A stretch of DNA of 64,000 nucleotides from Candidatus Hydrothermarchaeales archaeon (GCA_036444275.1 JAZGAD010000014.1:8131-72130); one strand, 5' to 3'; counted from the stretch's first letter, positions 50,472 through 59,719 are shown. Notes: generated from the sequence alone by a model not told the origin. A program made the numbers and translations.

Positions 50472-52136
50472 GTGCGTGCTATGGCTGACGAAGAGAGGGA
50501 CCCGACATTACAGGAGATCTTACTCAAGCTTGAGAAGATAGATGGAAAGCTGGAGATAGTGGATAGATTCAGAGAAACCACTGACGAGAGATCCTCCAGG
50601 CTGTCTGAGCAGATAGGCGAACTGCGCACCATGCTCCTGGAGAGGGAGCGGACCTCGCGGAACATGGAGATGGACTTCGAGAAGATAAAAGTCCTGGTGA
50701 AAGAACTAGATCCAATGGCCCTTGTAAAGGAGTCAGAAAAGAAAGAGAAGAAGATCATCGAGAACAAGGTCAAGGTAGAGAAACTTGAGAACATGATCGC
50801 AAAGCTCGGTGAGGAGGTCGGAGCTTTCAGAGATGTGATGGAGAAGATAAAGAGCTTTGAGAACCTCGTGGAGATGGCCAAGGATGTGAAGAAGAAGATC
50901 TCAGATATAGAGGACAGTAAGAGATACACAGATAGGCTTGCTGGGAAGGTGGAGAGCATCTTCTCAGAGCTGAACGAGAAGATCCTAGAGCTGGAGGAGT
51001 ACAAGGGGAAGATAACGAAGGCAGACGAGCTGACCAAGGAGCTTGTGAAATCGACGGACAGGCTCGAATTAAAGCTCGGCGACGTAGCAGAAAGGACAGA
51101 TAGGCTTCCCACAGTTGTTGAATTCGAGGACAAGATCGAGGGTCTCGCTGCCTCGATGCGTTTCCTGACAAAGAAGATCAGAATGCAGGAGCTGGATGAG
51201 GTAAGCAGCGACCTGGGCAGAAGGATGAAGGAACTCAGCACAGGGATGCCTGAGCTGGAGAGGGTGAGGGAGCTTGCAGGGGAGAGGAGGAGAATCATGG
51301 AGCTCATGATGAGTGTTGATGAGGACTACAAAAAAGAATTAATTTCCAAGGAGAGCTACGAAGAGGTGAAGCGGAAGAACGAGGAGATGCTCAAAGGCAT
51401 CAAAGAGTCTATAAAGACAGATCTGGGCCACCTGGTGAGCTCTCTAGAAGTGGAAGTCGAGCAGGAACTGGAGAAGTTTGCTGAGACTATGCCCACCGAG
51501 GAAGAATTGGAGGCAGAGATAGAGGTGCCTGAGCCTCTGATTCCAGCTCCAGAGGAATTCAAAGCAGAAGCACCTGCGTTTGAGGCACCGCCACTAGAAA
51601 TAGGGGCAGAAAAAGGAGAATTTGAGAAAGCCTTTGAGAGGCAGGCAGAGGCTTTCCCAGAATTTAAACCGATTCCGCCGCCCGCTGGAGTAGAGCCCGA
51701 ACCGAAAGTAGTTAAGCCAGAGCTTAAGGTGGAGCCTAGGGTGGAGCCTGTGAAGCCGAGGATAGAACCAAAAGTAGAGCCTAGGATAGAGCCGAAGGTA
51801 GAAGCGAGAGTAGTTAAACCAGAGCCTCCGACGCCTGTGAAAGTACCGGTTGCCGCAGAGCAAGCGGTAAAGCCAGAAGCAGTAACTGTTAAGGCAGAAG
51901 CACCTACCCCAAAACCATCGTTGGCGCTTGAAAAATTAGATGCCGCTTCTATCGAGAATAAATTGAATGTAATAGAGACCGAGAGGGGGGTGGTTCAGAA
52001 CCTCCTTGATGGTCTTTCCGCTGAATTGGATTATAGAAAACGAGAGCAAATGGAAAAGAGATATGGGGATAGGCTAGAGAAGATATCTCAGACTCAAGCT
52101 GAGTTAAAGAAGCTGAAAGAGAGGGCAGCGCCCTGA
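50472..52136 (+). CDS. Long coiled-coil protein (554 aa) with P/E/K/V-rich repeat region
   Basis: Starts 13 nt (GTG 50472) or 22 nt (ATG 50481) after the giant ORF stop. It has heptad-like E/K/L composition throughout and no TM helix. Repeat block EPKVVKPELKVEPRVEPVKPRIEPKVEPRIEPKVEARVVKPEPP at nt ~51700-51830. Confidence 0.75.
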   Translation: MRAMADEERDPTLQEILLKLEKIDGKLEIVDRFRETTDERSSRLSEQIGELRTMLLERERTSRNMEMDFEKIKVLVKELDPMALVKESEKKEKKIIENKVKVEKLENMIAKLGEEVGAFRDVMEKIKSFENLVEMAKDVKKKISDIEDSKRYTDRLAGKVESIFSELNEKILELEEYKGKITKADELTKELVKSTDRLELKLGDVAERTDRLPTVVEFEDKIEGLAASMRFLTKKIRMQELDEVSSDLGRRMKELSTGMPELERVRELAGERRRIMELMMSVDEDYKKELISKESYEEVKRKNEEMLKGIKESIKTDLGHLVSSLEVEVEQELEKFAETMPTEEELEAEIEVPEPLIPAPEEFKAEAPAFEAPPLEIGAEKGEFEKAFERQAEAFPEFKPIPPPAGVEPEPKVVKPELKVEPRVEPVKPRIEPKVEPRIEPKVEARVVKPEPPTPVKVPVAAEQAVKPEAVTVKAEAPTPKPSLALEKLDAASIENKLNVIETERGVVQNLLDGLSAELDYRKREQMEKRYGDRLEKISQTQAELKKLKERAAP

Positions 52137-52137
52137 T

Positions 52138-54204
52138 GTGATTAAAATGGTTCGACTAAAGGAAAAGATCAGATCTGTCATCCGCCGCAAGGAAAAGGAC
52201 TATGGGGAACCATATATCGAGGAGGACTACGGCCTTCCACCCGGATTCGAGGATGATGTAGGGATCGAGGAGTCGGAAGGCGAATATGTGCTCTTAAAGA
52301 TCTTTGAAAGAGAGAGCCCTGATATTGGATTCTCATACGCTGCAAACAAGATCGAGGAGTTAAAAAAGGATATATCCGCTCTTAAGGCAGAAGCGGATTC
52401 ACTATCAGGGGTAAACGCCACGCTGAGGGTGGATCTGGAGAGGCTTCTCCCCCTAAAGGGGGCGCTGGACGAGCTGAGAAAAGACATAGAAGAGAAGGAC
52501 GATGTAATCTTTGCGAAGAACCTAGACATAAAGAAAGTGAATAAAGCCCTCGATCGCATGCAGGTAGAAGTAAGCGAACTAAGGAGGGAGTTGAAAGATA
52601 GGGAGCGGTTGCTGGAGAGGGGTAATAAACGGCTGAAGCAGATGGAGGATACGACTCGGCTGGATGAGTTGGAGGCAGAGCTCAGCGAGCTCAGGGTGAC
52701 TGTTACGGAGCAGAAGGATACCCTCGCTATAAAGAGTTCTCAGGCAGAGGAATTCAAGCAGATGGCAGCTGCCCAAGATGAGGAGCTGAACACCATAAAG
52801 GCTACTTGGTGGCAGCAGGGCAAGGAATTAAAGAAGATGAAGATAGAGCTGGAGGAGAAGACGGGCATCCTATCCTCGAAGGAGGGCTTGATAGAGGAGT
52901 TGACAAAGAAAACTACGTCCCTCAACGAGGTATTGGAGAGTATGCGGCAAGATGTGGCTGATAGAGAAAAGAGGCTCTCTACGTTTGGGGACCACATATC
53001 CGATGCAGAGAACCAGCAGAAGAGGCTGGAGAAAGAGCTTCGAGAAAAGGAGGAGGTTATAGGTAAAATCACTAACAATTTAGGCAGAGCTGAGTCTCGG
53101 GTAGATGATTTGAGGAGCCAGCTAGAGGAGAGGGATTTGCAGCTGCAAGGGACTACGAAGAGGGTCAGAGAGCTTGAGGATACGGATAGATTCGAGGATT
53201 TAGAGGCCGAGCTTAGCAAGTTGAAGGTGACTGTTGAGGGGCAGAAGGATACCCTATCTTTAAAGACTTCGGAGGTTGAAGACTTGAAGCAGGCTGCAGC
53301 TGCCCAGGAGGACGAGCTGAGCACCATAAAGGCTACTTGGTGGCAGCAGGGCAAGGAATCAAAGAAGATGAAGATAGAGCTGGAGGAAAAGACGAGTATC
53401 CTCTCTTCAAAGGAGGCATTGGTAGAAGAGTTGAAGAAGAAATCTGCGTCCCTCAGCGAGCTCTTGGAGAGTATGAAGAGGGATGTAACTAACAAAGAGG
53501 ACAGGGTAGAGGAATACGAGGATAGGATCGGCCGTCTACACGGTAAAATAGGCGCCTTAAGGTCAGCTATAGGTATCGAAGAAGGGCAAAGAAAGAGCTT
53601 GAGTAAGAGATTATTTGGTGGTAAGAAGGAACTCACATTGGAGGACGAGTTAGACCTCCTGACAGAGGATATAACCGTAAATCAGGGCAGGGTCGTCGGC
53701 TATGACAAGAAGGTATCAGACTTAGAGATCCAGGTAGAGAGACAGAAAAAAGCCTTGGAGGAAAAGGAGGGGACCATCTCTGCAAAGACCAGCGAGATAG
53801 AAAAACTCTTGGATGTTTCCTCCTCCCTGAAGCAGGAATTAAGAGAATTAAGGGAGAAGACACCTGTGGAAGGTACCAAAGAGGTAGACGCGAAGGAGGC
53901 GGCCTCCCTAAGGCTAGCAAAATTGAAAAGAACAGTTGAGGGCGGACCCGAGGAAATAATCGAGGAAAAACCTGTAATGGGGGAAAGGGAAAGACTAGAG
54001 GAAGCTGAAAAGGAAGCGGAGAAGTTAAAGATCAAAAAAGAATTAAGAATGCTGGAAATTGAGAAGAAATCGACCGAAAAATTATTGGAGAGGCTTCCAA
54101 CTGCTAGTTTTGATGAAACAGAACGCAGTATGAGGGAAGCGAGCTATACGGAGAAGCTGACGAATATATCCCGCAGTATCGAGGAATTGAGAGAAAGGCT
54201 GTGA
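52138..54204 (+). CDS. Long coiled-coil protein (688 aa) with internal ~106-aa duplication
   Basis: Starts 2 nt after the previous stop (GTG 52138; alternative ATG 52147). Segments 52657-52975 and 53188-53506 are paralogous, with a ~70-nt almost identical core encoding TIKATWWQQGKE.KKMKIELEEKT. Confidence 0.75.
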   Translation: MIKMVRLKEKIRSVIRRKEKDYGEPYIEEDYGLPPGFEDDVGIEESEGEYVLLKIFERESPDIGFSYAANKIEELKKDISALKAEADSLSGVNATLRVDLERLLPLKGALDELRKDIEEKDDVIFAKNLDIKKVNKALDRMQVEVSELRRELKDRERLLERGNKRLKQMEDTTRLDELEAELSELRVTVTEQKDTLAIKSSQAEEFKQMAAAQDEELNTIKATWWQQGKELKKMKIELEEKTGILSSKEGLIEELTKKTTSLNEVLESMRQDVADREKRLSTFGDHISDAENQQKRLEKELREKEEVIGKITNNLGRAESRVDDLRSQLEERDLQLQGTTKRVRELEDTDRFEDLEAELSKLKVTVEGQKDTLSLKTSEVEDLKQAAAAQEDELSTIKATWWQQGKESKKMKIELEEKTSILSSKEALVEELKKKSASLSELLESMKRDVTNKEDRVEEYEDRIGRLHGKIGALRSAIGIEEGQRKSLSKRLFGGKKELTLEDELDLLTEDITVNQGRVVGYDKKVSDLEIQVERQKKALEEKEGTISAKTSEIEKLLDVSSSLKQELRELREKTPVEGTKEVDAKEAASLRLAKLKRTVEGGPEEIIEEKPVMGERERLEEAEKEAEKLKIKKELRMLEIEKKSTEKLLERLPTASFDETERSMREASYTEKLTNISRSIEELRERL

Positions 54205-54231
54205 AGCTAACTGACACCGTATTGTTGGCAC

Positions 54232-54237
54232 TTTTTT
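54232..54237 (+). terminator. Oligo-T tract after the giant-gene operon
   Basis: ggcaCTTTTTTagg, 28 nt after the 54204 stop. Confidence 0.3.
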
Positions 54238-54359
54238 AGGGTCTAAGTCTAATGAGGGTACGGGGGAAGTACATAGCATGCATTCTACTTTACTTACTAC
54301 CTCGTCTCCCCTAGGTCAGAGCTTTCGAATTGAATCGAAGACTAAGACGCTTCAAATTC

Positions 54360-54752
54360 TTAGCTTATATACTCTGGGGCTGCGTTTCGCTGTGTCCAAC
54401 CCAAGGTCAGCGTTTTGAATTCTTCCCTCTTCTCCTGTAGTTTCTGCCGTATCTCTATCTCTAGTTGGTCTAAGGCGTCGCTGTCAAGCCTCATAATCTC
54501 TTGGATCTCCGGGCCAGCAGTTTCTGGGAGTTCTAGGTCCAATTTCTTCGCAAGCGTTTTGAATTCTTCCCTCTTTCCTTGTAGTTTTTGCCGGATCTCT
54601 ACTTGTAGGTCGTCTAGTGCGTCGCTGTCAAGCCTCCTAGCTCTAGATATACTTTGGTCCCTCAGTCCTAGGTCTCCTCTATCGAAGGCAAAGAGGTCAC
54701 CAGTTTTTCCCTGGTAGAGCAAGCCTTCTCCAAAGTTTCCAAACTCTATCAT
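54360..54752 (-). CDS. Hypothetical 130-aa protein with internal 48-aa duplication, coupled to an RHH protein
   Basis: RLDSDALDDLQVEIRQKLQGKREEFKTL and RLDSDALDQLEIEIRQKLQEKREEFKTL (DNA copies 54412-54497 and 54556-54641, offset 144 bp). The start overlaps the RHH gene stop by 4 nt. Confidence 0.5.
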   Translation of the reverse strand: MIEFGNFGEGLLYQGKTGDLFAFDRGDLGLRDQSISRARRLDSDALDDLQVEIRQKLQGKREEFKTLAKKLDLELPETAGPEIQEIMRLDSDALDQLEIEIRQKLQEKREEFKTLTLGWTQRNAAPEYIS

Positions 54753-54937
54753 TTCTCGTCCTCCTTTAATTTTTTCGTATACGCTTCTAATGCCGCATCT
54801 ACCACCATTCTTTGGGTAACAGTCTTGCCGGTTCGCAGTTGCATCTTCCCTACCAATCTCCTGATGGTTTCCGCTGTCCGTGTGCCGATCGTAATCGTAG
54901 TCATCGGCTCTCGATGCGGTCCTGTTAAGACTTTCAT
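54749..54937 (-). CDS. Ribbon-helix-helix (CopG/MetJ-like) DNA-binding protein
   Basis: MTTITIGTRTAETIRRLVGKMQLRTGKTVTQRMVVDAALEAY fits a strand-helix-helix layout. The start could be the internal ATG at 54904. Confidence 0.55.
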   Translation of the reverse strand: MKVLTGPHREPMTTITIGTRTAETIRRLVGKMQLRTGKTVTQRMVVDAALEAYTKKLKEDEK

Positions 54938-55146
54938 GTTCCAGCCTCTAAATGTATTAAATTAATTTAATTAAAGAGGGCATCAAGGGTGCTTATATAT
55001 AGCTTATGGTCCAGCCGGCCGGCTAGTTTGGTACATTGTAGCTCACTCCAATTGCGACAAAATAAAACCAACACTAATACAGCAATTCGAACAGTAGAGC
55101 GACAAGTAAAGGTATAGGCCAACAACACAGAAGGTGTCCTCAAAAT

Positions 55147-55440
55147 TTGGGGGTGTATAATAAAAAAGATGAGAGTATAAAAGCATTCAAACGAAATCAA
55201 GTTTTCGTTGCCATTCCGTACGGCAAACGATGGGGTATCGAGACCAGCCTGCATGAAGAAGTGGCTCAAGACAAGGACGGCCCTAAAGAACTATCAGGTA
55301 CGCCTATTTTTTTCCCCTTCTCAGTCGTTTTGTATAATTTGTGGGTGCTAATTAATGCATTTGTAGAGGCATTCATATTCAAAAGGGCGCTAAGGAAGCC
55401 ATGTCTCACTGCTACGATGTTTGAGGATGATCCTGATTAG
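55147..55440 (+). pseudogene. Remnant of an IS4/ISH-type DDE transposase (C-terminal fragment)
   Basis: YGKRWGIETSLHE matches the Y-x-x-R-W-x-I-E signature, and FFPFSVVLYNLWVLINAF matches the helix that follows it in IS4-family enzymes. The sequence between them is scrambled, and there is no N-terminal catalytic region or visible terminal inverted repeat. Confidence 0.5.
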
Positions 55441-55482
55441 CTCTGGTTTCTACATTGATGATAGTGGATGGTAAAAATTAAT

Positions 55483-56385
55483 TTAGATTTCGAGTTGAGG
55501 GTATTTTTCCTTGAACTTCTGTTTCAACTCTTTCGCCTTATCGAGTTTATTCTGATTAGTGTAAATCTCTAAGGCATAGGGTAAATCAATCTTGATTACA
55601 TCCAAAAATCCATTGGGGTATGCAAGTTCCAGTGATTTCTCGTACCATTGTATTGCTTTGTCGGGTTCGCCTTTTATACTGTAGAGGTTTCCTAGGTTGG
55701 TGTAGTCTTTTGCGATGCTTTCTTTTCTTTCTAGTTCTTCATTGATTTTTAGTGATTTCTCGTACCATTGTATTGCTTTGTCTAAGTTATCTGTTATTCT
55801 GTAGAGGTTTCCTAGGTTGGTGTAGTCTTTTGCGATGCTTTCTTTTCTTTCTAGTTCTTCATTGATCATTAGTGATTTCTCGTGGTGTGTGATTGCTTTG
55901 TCGAGGTCGCCTTTTATATTGTAGACGATTCCGAGGTTTCCATTAACAATGGCTTCTCCTAGGGGCTCCATCGCATTATCTAAGGCGTTAGAAAAATTCT
56001 CTTCGGCTTCTGGGAGGTTTCCGAGTGTCATGTGAGAGAGCCCAATGAAGTTGTAGATAGCTGTCTTCTCCTCTCTTGCGGGGTTTTCCTCCAAGGCATA
56101 TTTAAGGAATGCCAACGCATCATTGTATCTTTCTTGATTGAAACAGTCGATGCTCTTCTCAAAACTTTGCCTAATCAGGTCTGATTTCGGGAGATTTGGT
56201 ATTTCATCTTGGTAGAAACTAAGTTCCAGTCCCTCTATACCAATTAAAGTTTTTAATGGGCCCCCTTTTTGAGTAACTAGAATCAAAATGAAAATGAGAA
56301 TTACCACAAGTAAAACTAGAAGTACCTTTATTTCAACTGGAACGTCCTCAAGAATAATTAAGGCTATTCTGTTGCCATCGGCCAT
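55483..56385 (-). CDS. Membrane-anchored TPR-repeat protein
   Basis: N-terminal TM helix VLLVLLVVILIFILILV. Repeated A..Y..AL...P/...LG..Y...G..D.AI..YEKSL motifs. Confidence 0.8.
   Translation of the reverse strand: MADGNRIALIILEDVPVEIKVLLVLLVVILIFILILVTQKGGPLKTLIGIEGLELSFYQDEIPNLPKSDLIRQSFEKSIDCFNQERYNDALAFLKYALEENPAREEKTAIYNFIGLSHMTLGNLPEAEENFSNALDNAMEPLGEAIVNGNLGIVYNIKGDLDKAITHHEKSLMINEELERKESIAKDYTNLGNLYRITDNLDKAIQWYEKSLKINEELERKESIAKDYTNLGNLYSIKGEPDKAIQWYEKSLELAYPNGFLDVIKIDLPYALEIYTNQNKLDKAKELKQKFKEKYPQLEI
55631..55930 (-). repeat. ~2.5 x 120-bp tandem repeat inside the TPR gene
   Basis: 55681-55746 is identical to 55801-55866, and 55631-55662 is identical to 55751-55782. The third unit is diverged. 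The unit encodes the 40 aa ERKESIAKDYTNLGNLY....D.LDKAIQWYEKSL.INEEL. Confidence 0.9.
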
Positions 56386-57026
56386 AAATCAAGAAAAAGG
56401 AAAACGGACATATATAGTTTGTTTATTTTTCCCCGTCCCGGTTGGTCCTGTAAGTCGTCCTGATTCCTGAACCAACTAGGACGCCTATTAAATAAAAAAC
56501 TCGAAAATATTGTCAATTACCGGCAGGCCTTCATTGTTAGGTTTCCCCTTTGGATATGCCTTATAAAGCTTATCAGCATGAGGAACGAATTCGAAAGCTA
56601 TAAATATCAAGCACTCTGAAAAAGTTGAGAAAAAGAGAGCGGACAAAGGAGACTGGGAAGGAGGTAAGAGCACTTGGGGTGGTGCACAAAACTCGGGTCT
56701 CCCTTGCCCATAATTTTCCTATCTTATTAACGACTACAAATTATTACGTGGTGCGTAACAGAGCTTGAAATATAAGATTTATTTCGACAGATTTTTCTGG
56801 CTTTGGAGACTCTGTCACGCTAATTACCTGGGTTAACCCTGGCTGAGTCCCTGGTTCTTGTCCTGGTTGTATAATGCACGCGGAGGAGAAAATTATTCAA
56901 GCGCTTCCAGCCGCCCCTTAGATAACGTACTTCGATATGCTCAAATGGTCCTTTAAAGGTGCCGGGAACGAGATTATTTTAGTACTATTTCTATTTTGAA
57001 AATATGCTGTACATGGTCAGACTGGA

Positions 57027-58358
57027 TTAGAATAGCCTATCTCCCTTCCCAGCCTTACCCAACAAATCACTCGCCTCCTCATAGGCGAACTTGAGCACCT
57101 CTGCCTCGTCCAGCGTGCGCATCTGTCGATTCTCCATGAGTATCTTGCCGTCAACAATTACGGTGTCAACATCACTGCCACTAGCGGCATATACGAGGTG
57201 CGAGACAGGATTTGTAAGCGGTGTTAGGTTCGGCTTATCTAGGTCCACCAATATTACATCAGCGCGCTTACCTACCTCCAGAGAGCCTATCTCCTTTTCC
57301 AGGCCCAACGCTTTAGCTCCGTTTATAGTGGCAAACTCCAGCACGCGCTGAGCCGGCACTACGGAGGCATCCCCTTTGTTAAGCTTGTGGAGGAGGGCGC
57401 AGATCTTCATATCCTCGAAGATGTCCAGGTTGTTGTTGCTCGCTGGACCGTCGGTACCTAGAGCGACTGTGATGCCGGCATCCAAGTACTCAGGCACGCT
57501 AGCAACGCCTGAACCCAACTTCATATTGCATATTGGATTGTGAGCGACCTTCACATCTCTCTTCTTCATGATCCCTATCTCCTTTTTAGACGCCCAAGTA
57601 GCGTGAGCTGCCACCACATTGCTACCAAGGAAACCGATCTTATCAAGGTACTCAAAGGGACGTAACCCTTTATCCTTTACAGAGTTCTCTACCTCGTCGC
57701 TCGTCTCGCTAACATGGATATGGAGGCCTGTATGATATTTCTCTGCCAACTCTTTGGACTTCACTAAAAGTTCCTGGGAGCATGTATAGGGCGCATGTGG
57801 TCCGAGGAATATCCTAACGCGATTCCCTTCCTTTTTGTTCTGGTATTTCTTAATCAGTTCCTCACCTTCAGCGATGAACCTCTTGGCTTTCTCTTCATCG
57901 CCCAGGTCTATCATGGCCCAGGATAACACGCCCCTGATCCCTGCTTCCTTCACACTCCTAGCTATCTCGTCTATGAAGAAGTACATGTCATTGAAGCAGG
58001 TGGTGCCGGACTTAATCAGCGCAAGGCAGCCCAACAGGGAGCCAGCATAGACATGCTTTCCCTCAAGCAAGGATTCTATGGGCCAGATTTCATCTTTTAA
58101 CCACTTGTTCAGTGGGAGATCATCGGCGATACCTCTAAACAAGGTCATGGGTAAGTGAGTATGTGCATTTATCAGCCCAGGCAGGACAAGTTTTCTGCTC
58201 GCATCTATGACGAAGTCAGCCTCCCCTTTTATCTCCTCGGCGATCTCTGTTATCCTGCCCTCTTCTATCCCTATAGAACATTTTTTTAAGATACGCCTCC
58301 CTTCATCCATGGTCACAATGGTGCCGTTTCTTATGAGCACATCCATATTATCATCCAA
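57027..58358 (-). CDS. mtaD: Amidohydrolase: 5'-methylthioadenosine/S-adenosylhomocysteine (or 5'-deoxyadenosine) deaminase
   Basis: [57 protein letters not shown]: the metal-ligand set and spacing of the MtaD/DadD subfamily. Confidence 0.85.
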   Translation of the reverse strand: MDDNMDVLIRNGTIVTMDEGRRILKKCSIGIEEGRITEIAEEIKGEADFVIDASRKLVLPGLINAHTHLPMTLFRGIADDLPLNKWLKDEIWPIESLLEGKHVYAGSLLGCLALIKSGTTCFNDMYFFIDEIARSVKEAGIRGVLSWAMIDLGDEEKAKRFIAEGEELIKKYQNKKEGNRVRIFLGPHAPYTCSQELLVKSKELAEKYHTGLHIHVSETSDEVENSVKDKGLRPFEYLDKIGFLGSNVVAAHATWASKKEIGIMKKRDVKVAHNPICNMKLGSGVASVPEYLDAGITVALGTDGPASNNNLDIFEDMKICALLHKLNKGDASVVPAQRVLEFATINGAKALGLEKEIGSLEVGKRADVILVDLDKPNLTPLTNPVSHLVYAASGSDVDTVIVDGKILMENRQMRTLDEAEVLKFAYEEASDLLGKAGKGDRLF

Positions 58359-58505
58359 AGCTTATAGAGTTCAGTTCTGGAAAAGCTTGTCTCAGCCCGA
58401 CAGGACCTGGCAAGTATGGATTTGAGTTTTTCCTTAAAGTAGGTTTCGGTGGTAGCTCAGTAGCCGAGAGGAGGGCCAGCTTTCAAGAATTGGAGAGGGA
58501 ATTTT

Positions 58506-58841
58506 TCACAGGACAATTCTAATTAATTCTACTAGCAATATCGTACCTATGACCGCCAGAATGATGTAGATGATTTTCTCGGGATCTAAACCACGTACCA
58601 GCTCTGATAACCTATCTCTCAAGGGCTTTTTTATCTCCCGGCCAGCCTTCTTTTTATGTCTCTCATGGAAGGGCTCATAAATCCATTTCTCAGGCGCCTT
58701 GCTCCTGTTTTCTTTGAACTTCTCTAGCCCGATGCATGTATGGTTCTCTGGTAAGCGATGATCTGCGCAAAACTGGGACCCGCAGAACTTGCAGGTAAAG
58801 GGCATTGTTTCCTCAGCGTTGCAGTAAGAGCAGACACCCAT
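58506..58841 (-). CDS. AN1-type zinc-finger protein with C-terminal TM helix
   Basis: [33 protein letters not shown] matches the AN1 C-x2-C...C-x2-C...C-x2-H...H-x-C pattern. C-terminal [22 protein letters not shown]. Confidence 0.75.
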   Translation of the reverse strand: MGVCSYCNAEETMPFTCKFCGSQFCADHRLPENHTCIGLEKFKENRSKAPEKWIYEPFHERHKKKAGREIKKPLRDRLSELVRGLDPEKIIYIILAVIGTILLVELIRIVL

Positions 58842-58843
58842 TT

Positions 58844-59719
58844 CTAGTTCACCCCCGTACTATATAGCTCCCTTCGCCTAGCCTCCAACATCTCGTTCTC
58901 CTTGTCCAGAAACTCAGCAGCAGTCAGTATCTTCTTGCCCTCTTCTTCAGCAACCTCCAAAACAGGTTGCAGCCTCTCCCTCCACTTAATATCCCTGAGA
59001 AAATGGTGATCAATAATGAGCTTCGCCACCTTTGTTTCTCTGAGTATCTTGGAGATATTCTCTAGAGAAGCATCTAAGCTTTTTTGGGAATACCTGAAGC
59101 CCAACATATATGACAGAGGCCCATCTAGGTATATAATCCCGGGGTCTTCATCTAGGATAAACTCAGCCTGTTCATCGACACATGGGCCCTCTATATCTGA
59201 AGTGAAGAGAAAGCAGTCGTCACCCACTCTTACAGCAACTTGGGTTACATACCCCAGCTTTGGCCCTGGACCATGGAATACCGGAGGAGAGAACTTTATC
59301 GTGGTCTCTCCGAACTTGAACTCTCTTCCATCTGAATACTCCAGGCTCTTGGGTAGCCCGCTTAATTGCTCCAGAAAGAACTCGGCTCTTGCTGCTTGGC
59401 TGCGGTTGATCTTCTCTGTTGGATGCTTCAGCAAGACGTTTTTATCCTTATAGAGTTCTGGCTCGTTTGGATCGTGATGGTCGTAGTGATAATGGGTTAC
59501 TATAATGATTGAAGCCTTATTGGCAAGTCTTTTTATCGCCTCCCAGTGCTCTTCCATTCTGCGCAACTCAATGGGGTGCGGGGGCAATTTATATCTGGAT
59601 GGACCCAGCGCTACAGCGGGATCGATGAATATCTTGCAATCCTTTGTTTCAACGAAGGTGGCCATGCTCCGTGTGCCCAAGGAATCCGAAGCAACAAGAG
59701 TTATGTCCATCGTTTTCAC
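58844..59719 (-). CDS. Metallo-beta-lactamase-fold protein (archaeal UPF0282-like)
   Basis: [11 protein letters not shown] metal-binding motif after [13 protein letters not shown]. Its stop lies 3 nt before the AN1 gene start. Confidence 0.6.
   Translation of the reverse strand: MKTMDITLVASDSLGTRSMATFVETKDCKIFIDPAVALGPSRYKLPPHPIELRRMEEHWEAIKRLANKASIIIVTHYHYDHHDPNEPELYKDKNVLLKHPTEKINRSQAARAEFFLEQLSGLPKSLEYSDGREFKFGETTIKFSPPVFHGPGPKLGYVTQVAVRVGDDCFLFTSDIEGPCVDEQAEFILDEDPGIIYLDGPLSYMLGFRYSQKSLDASLENISKILRETKVAKLIIDHHFLRDIKWRERLQPVLEVAEEEGKKILTAAEFLDKENEMLEARRRELYSTGVN

Noticed and set aside
50414-51307. 297-aa Ser/Leu/Phe-rich minus-strand ORF. The analogous 298-aa ORF lies at 52740..53636.
   Set aside because: These are mirror images of E/K/L-rich coiled-coil genes (GAA/AAG/CTC complements give TTC/CTT/GAG). 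This is a classic antisense artefact.
54967-55269. 100-aa minus-strand ORF overlapping the transposase remnant.
   Set aside because: The plus-strand frame carries the YxxRWxIE transposase signature. The minus-strand product has no recognisable features.
56488-56673. 61-aa minus-strand ORF (and 56288..56470 on the plus strand) in the TPR/mtaD spacer.
   Set aside because: They are short, have odd composition, and show no start context or family resemblance. I did not call them.
58441-58500. tRNA-like string ggtGGTAGCTCAGTAGCCGAGAGg resembling a D-arm.
   Set aside because: I could not fold an acceptor stem, an anticodon arm or a GTTC-type T-arm around it on either strand. At most it is a tRNA 5' fragment, and I did not call it.
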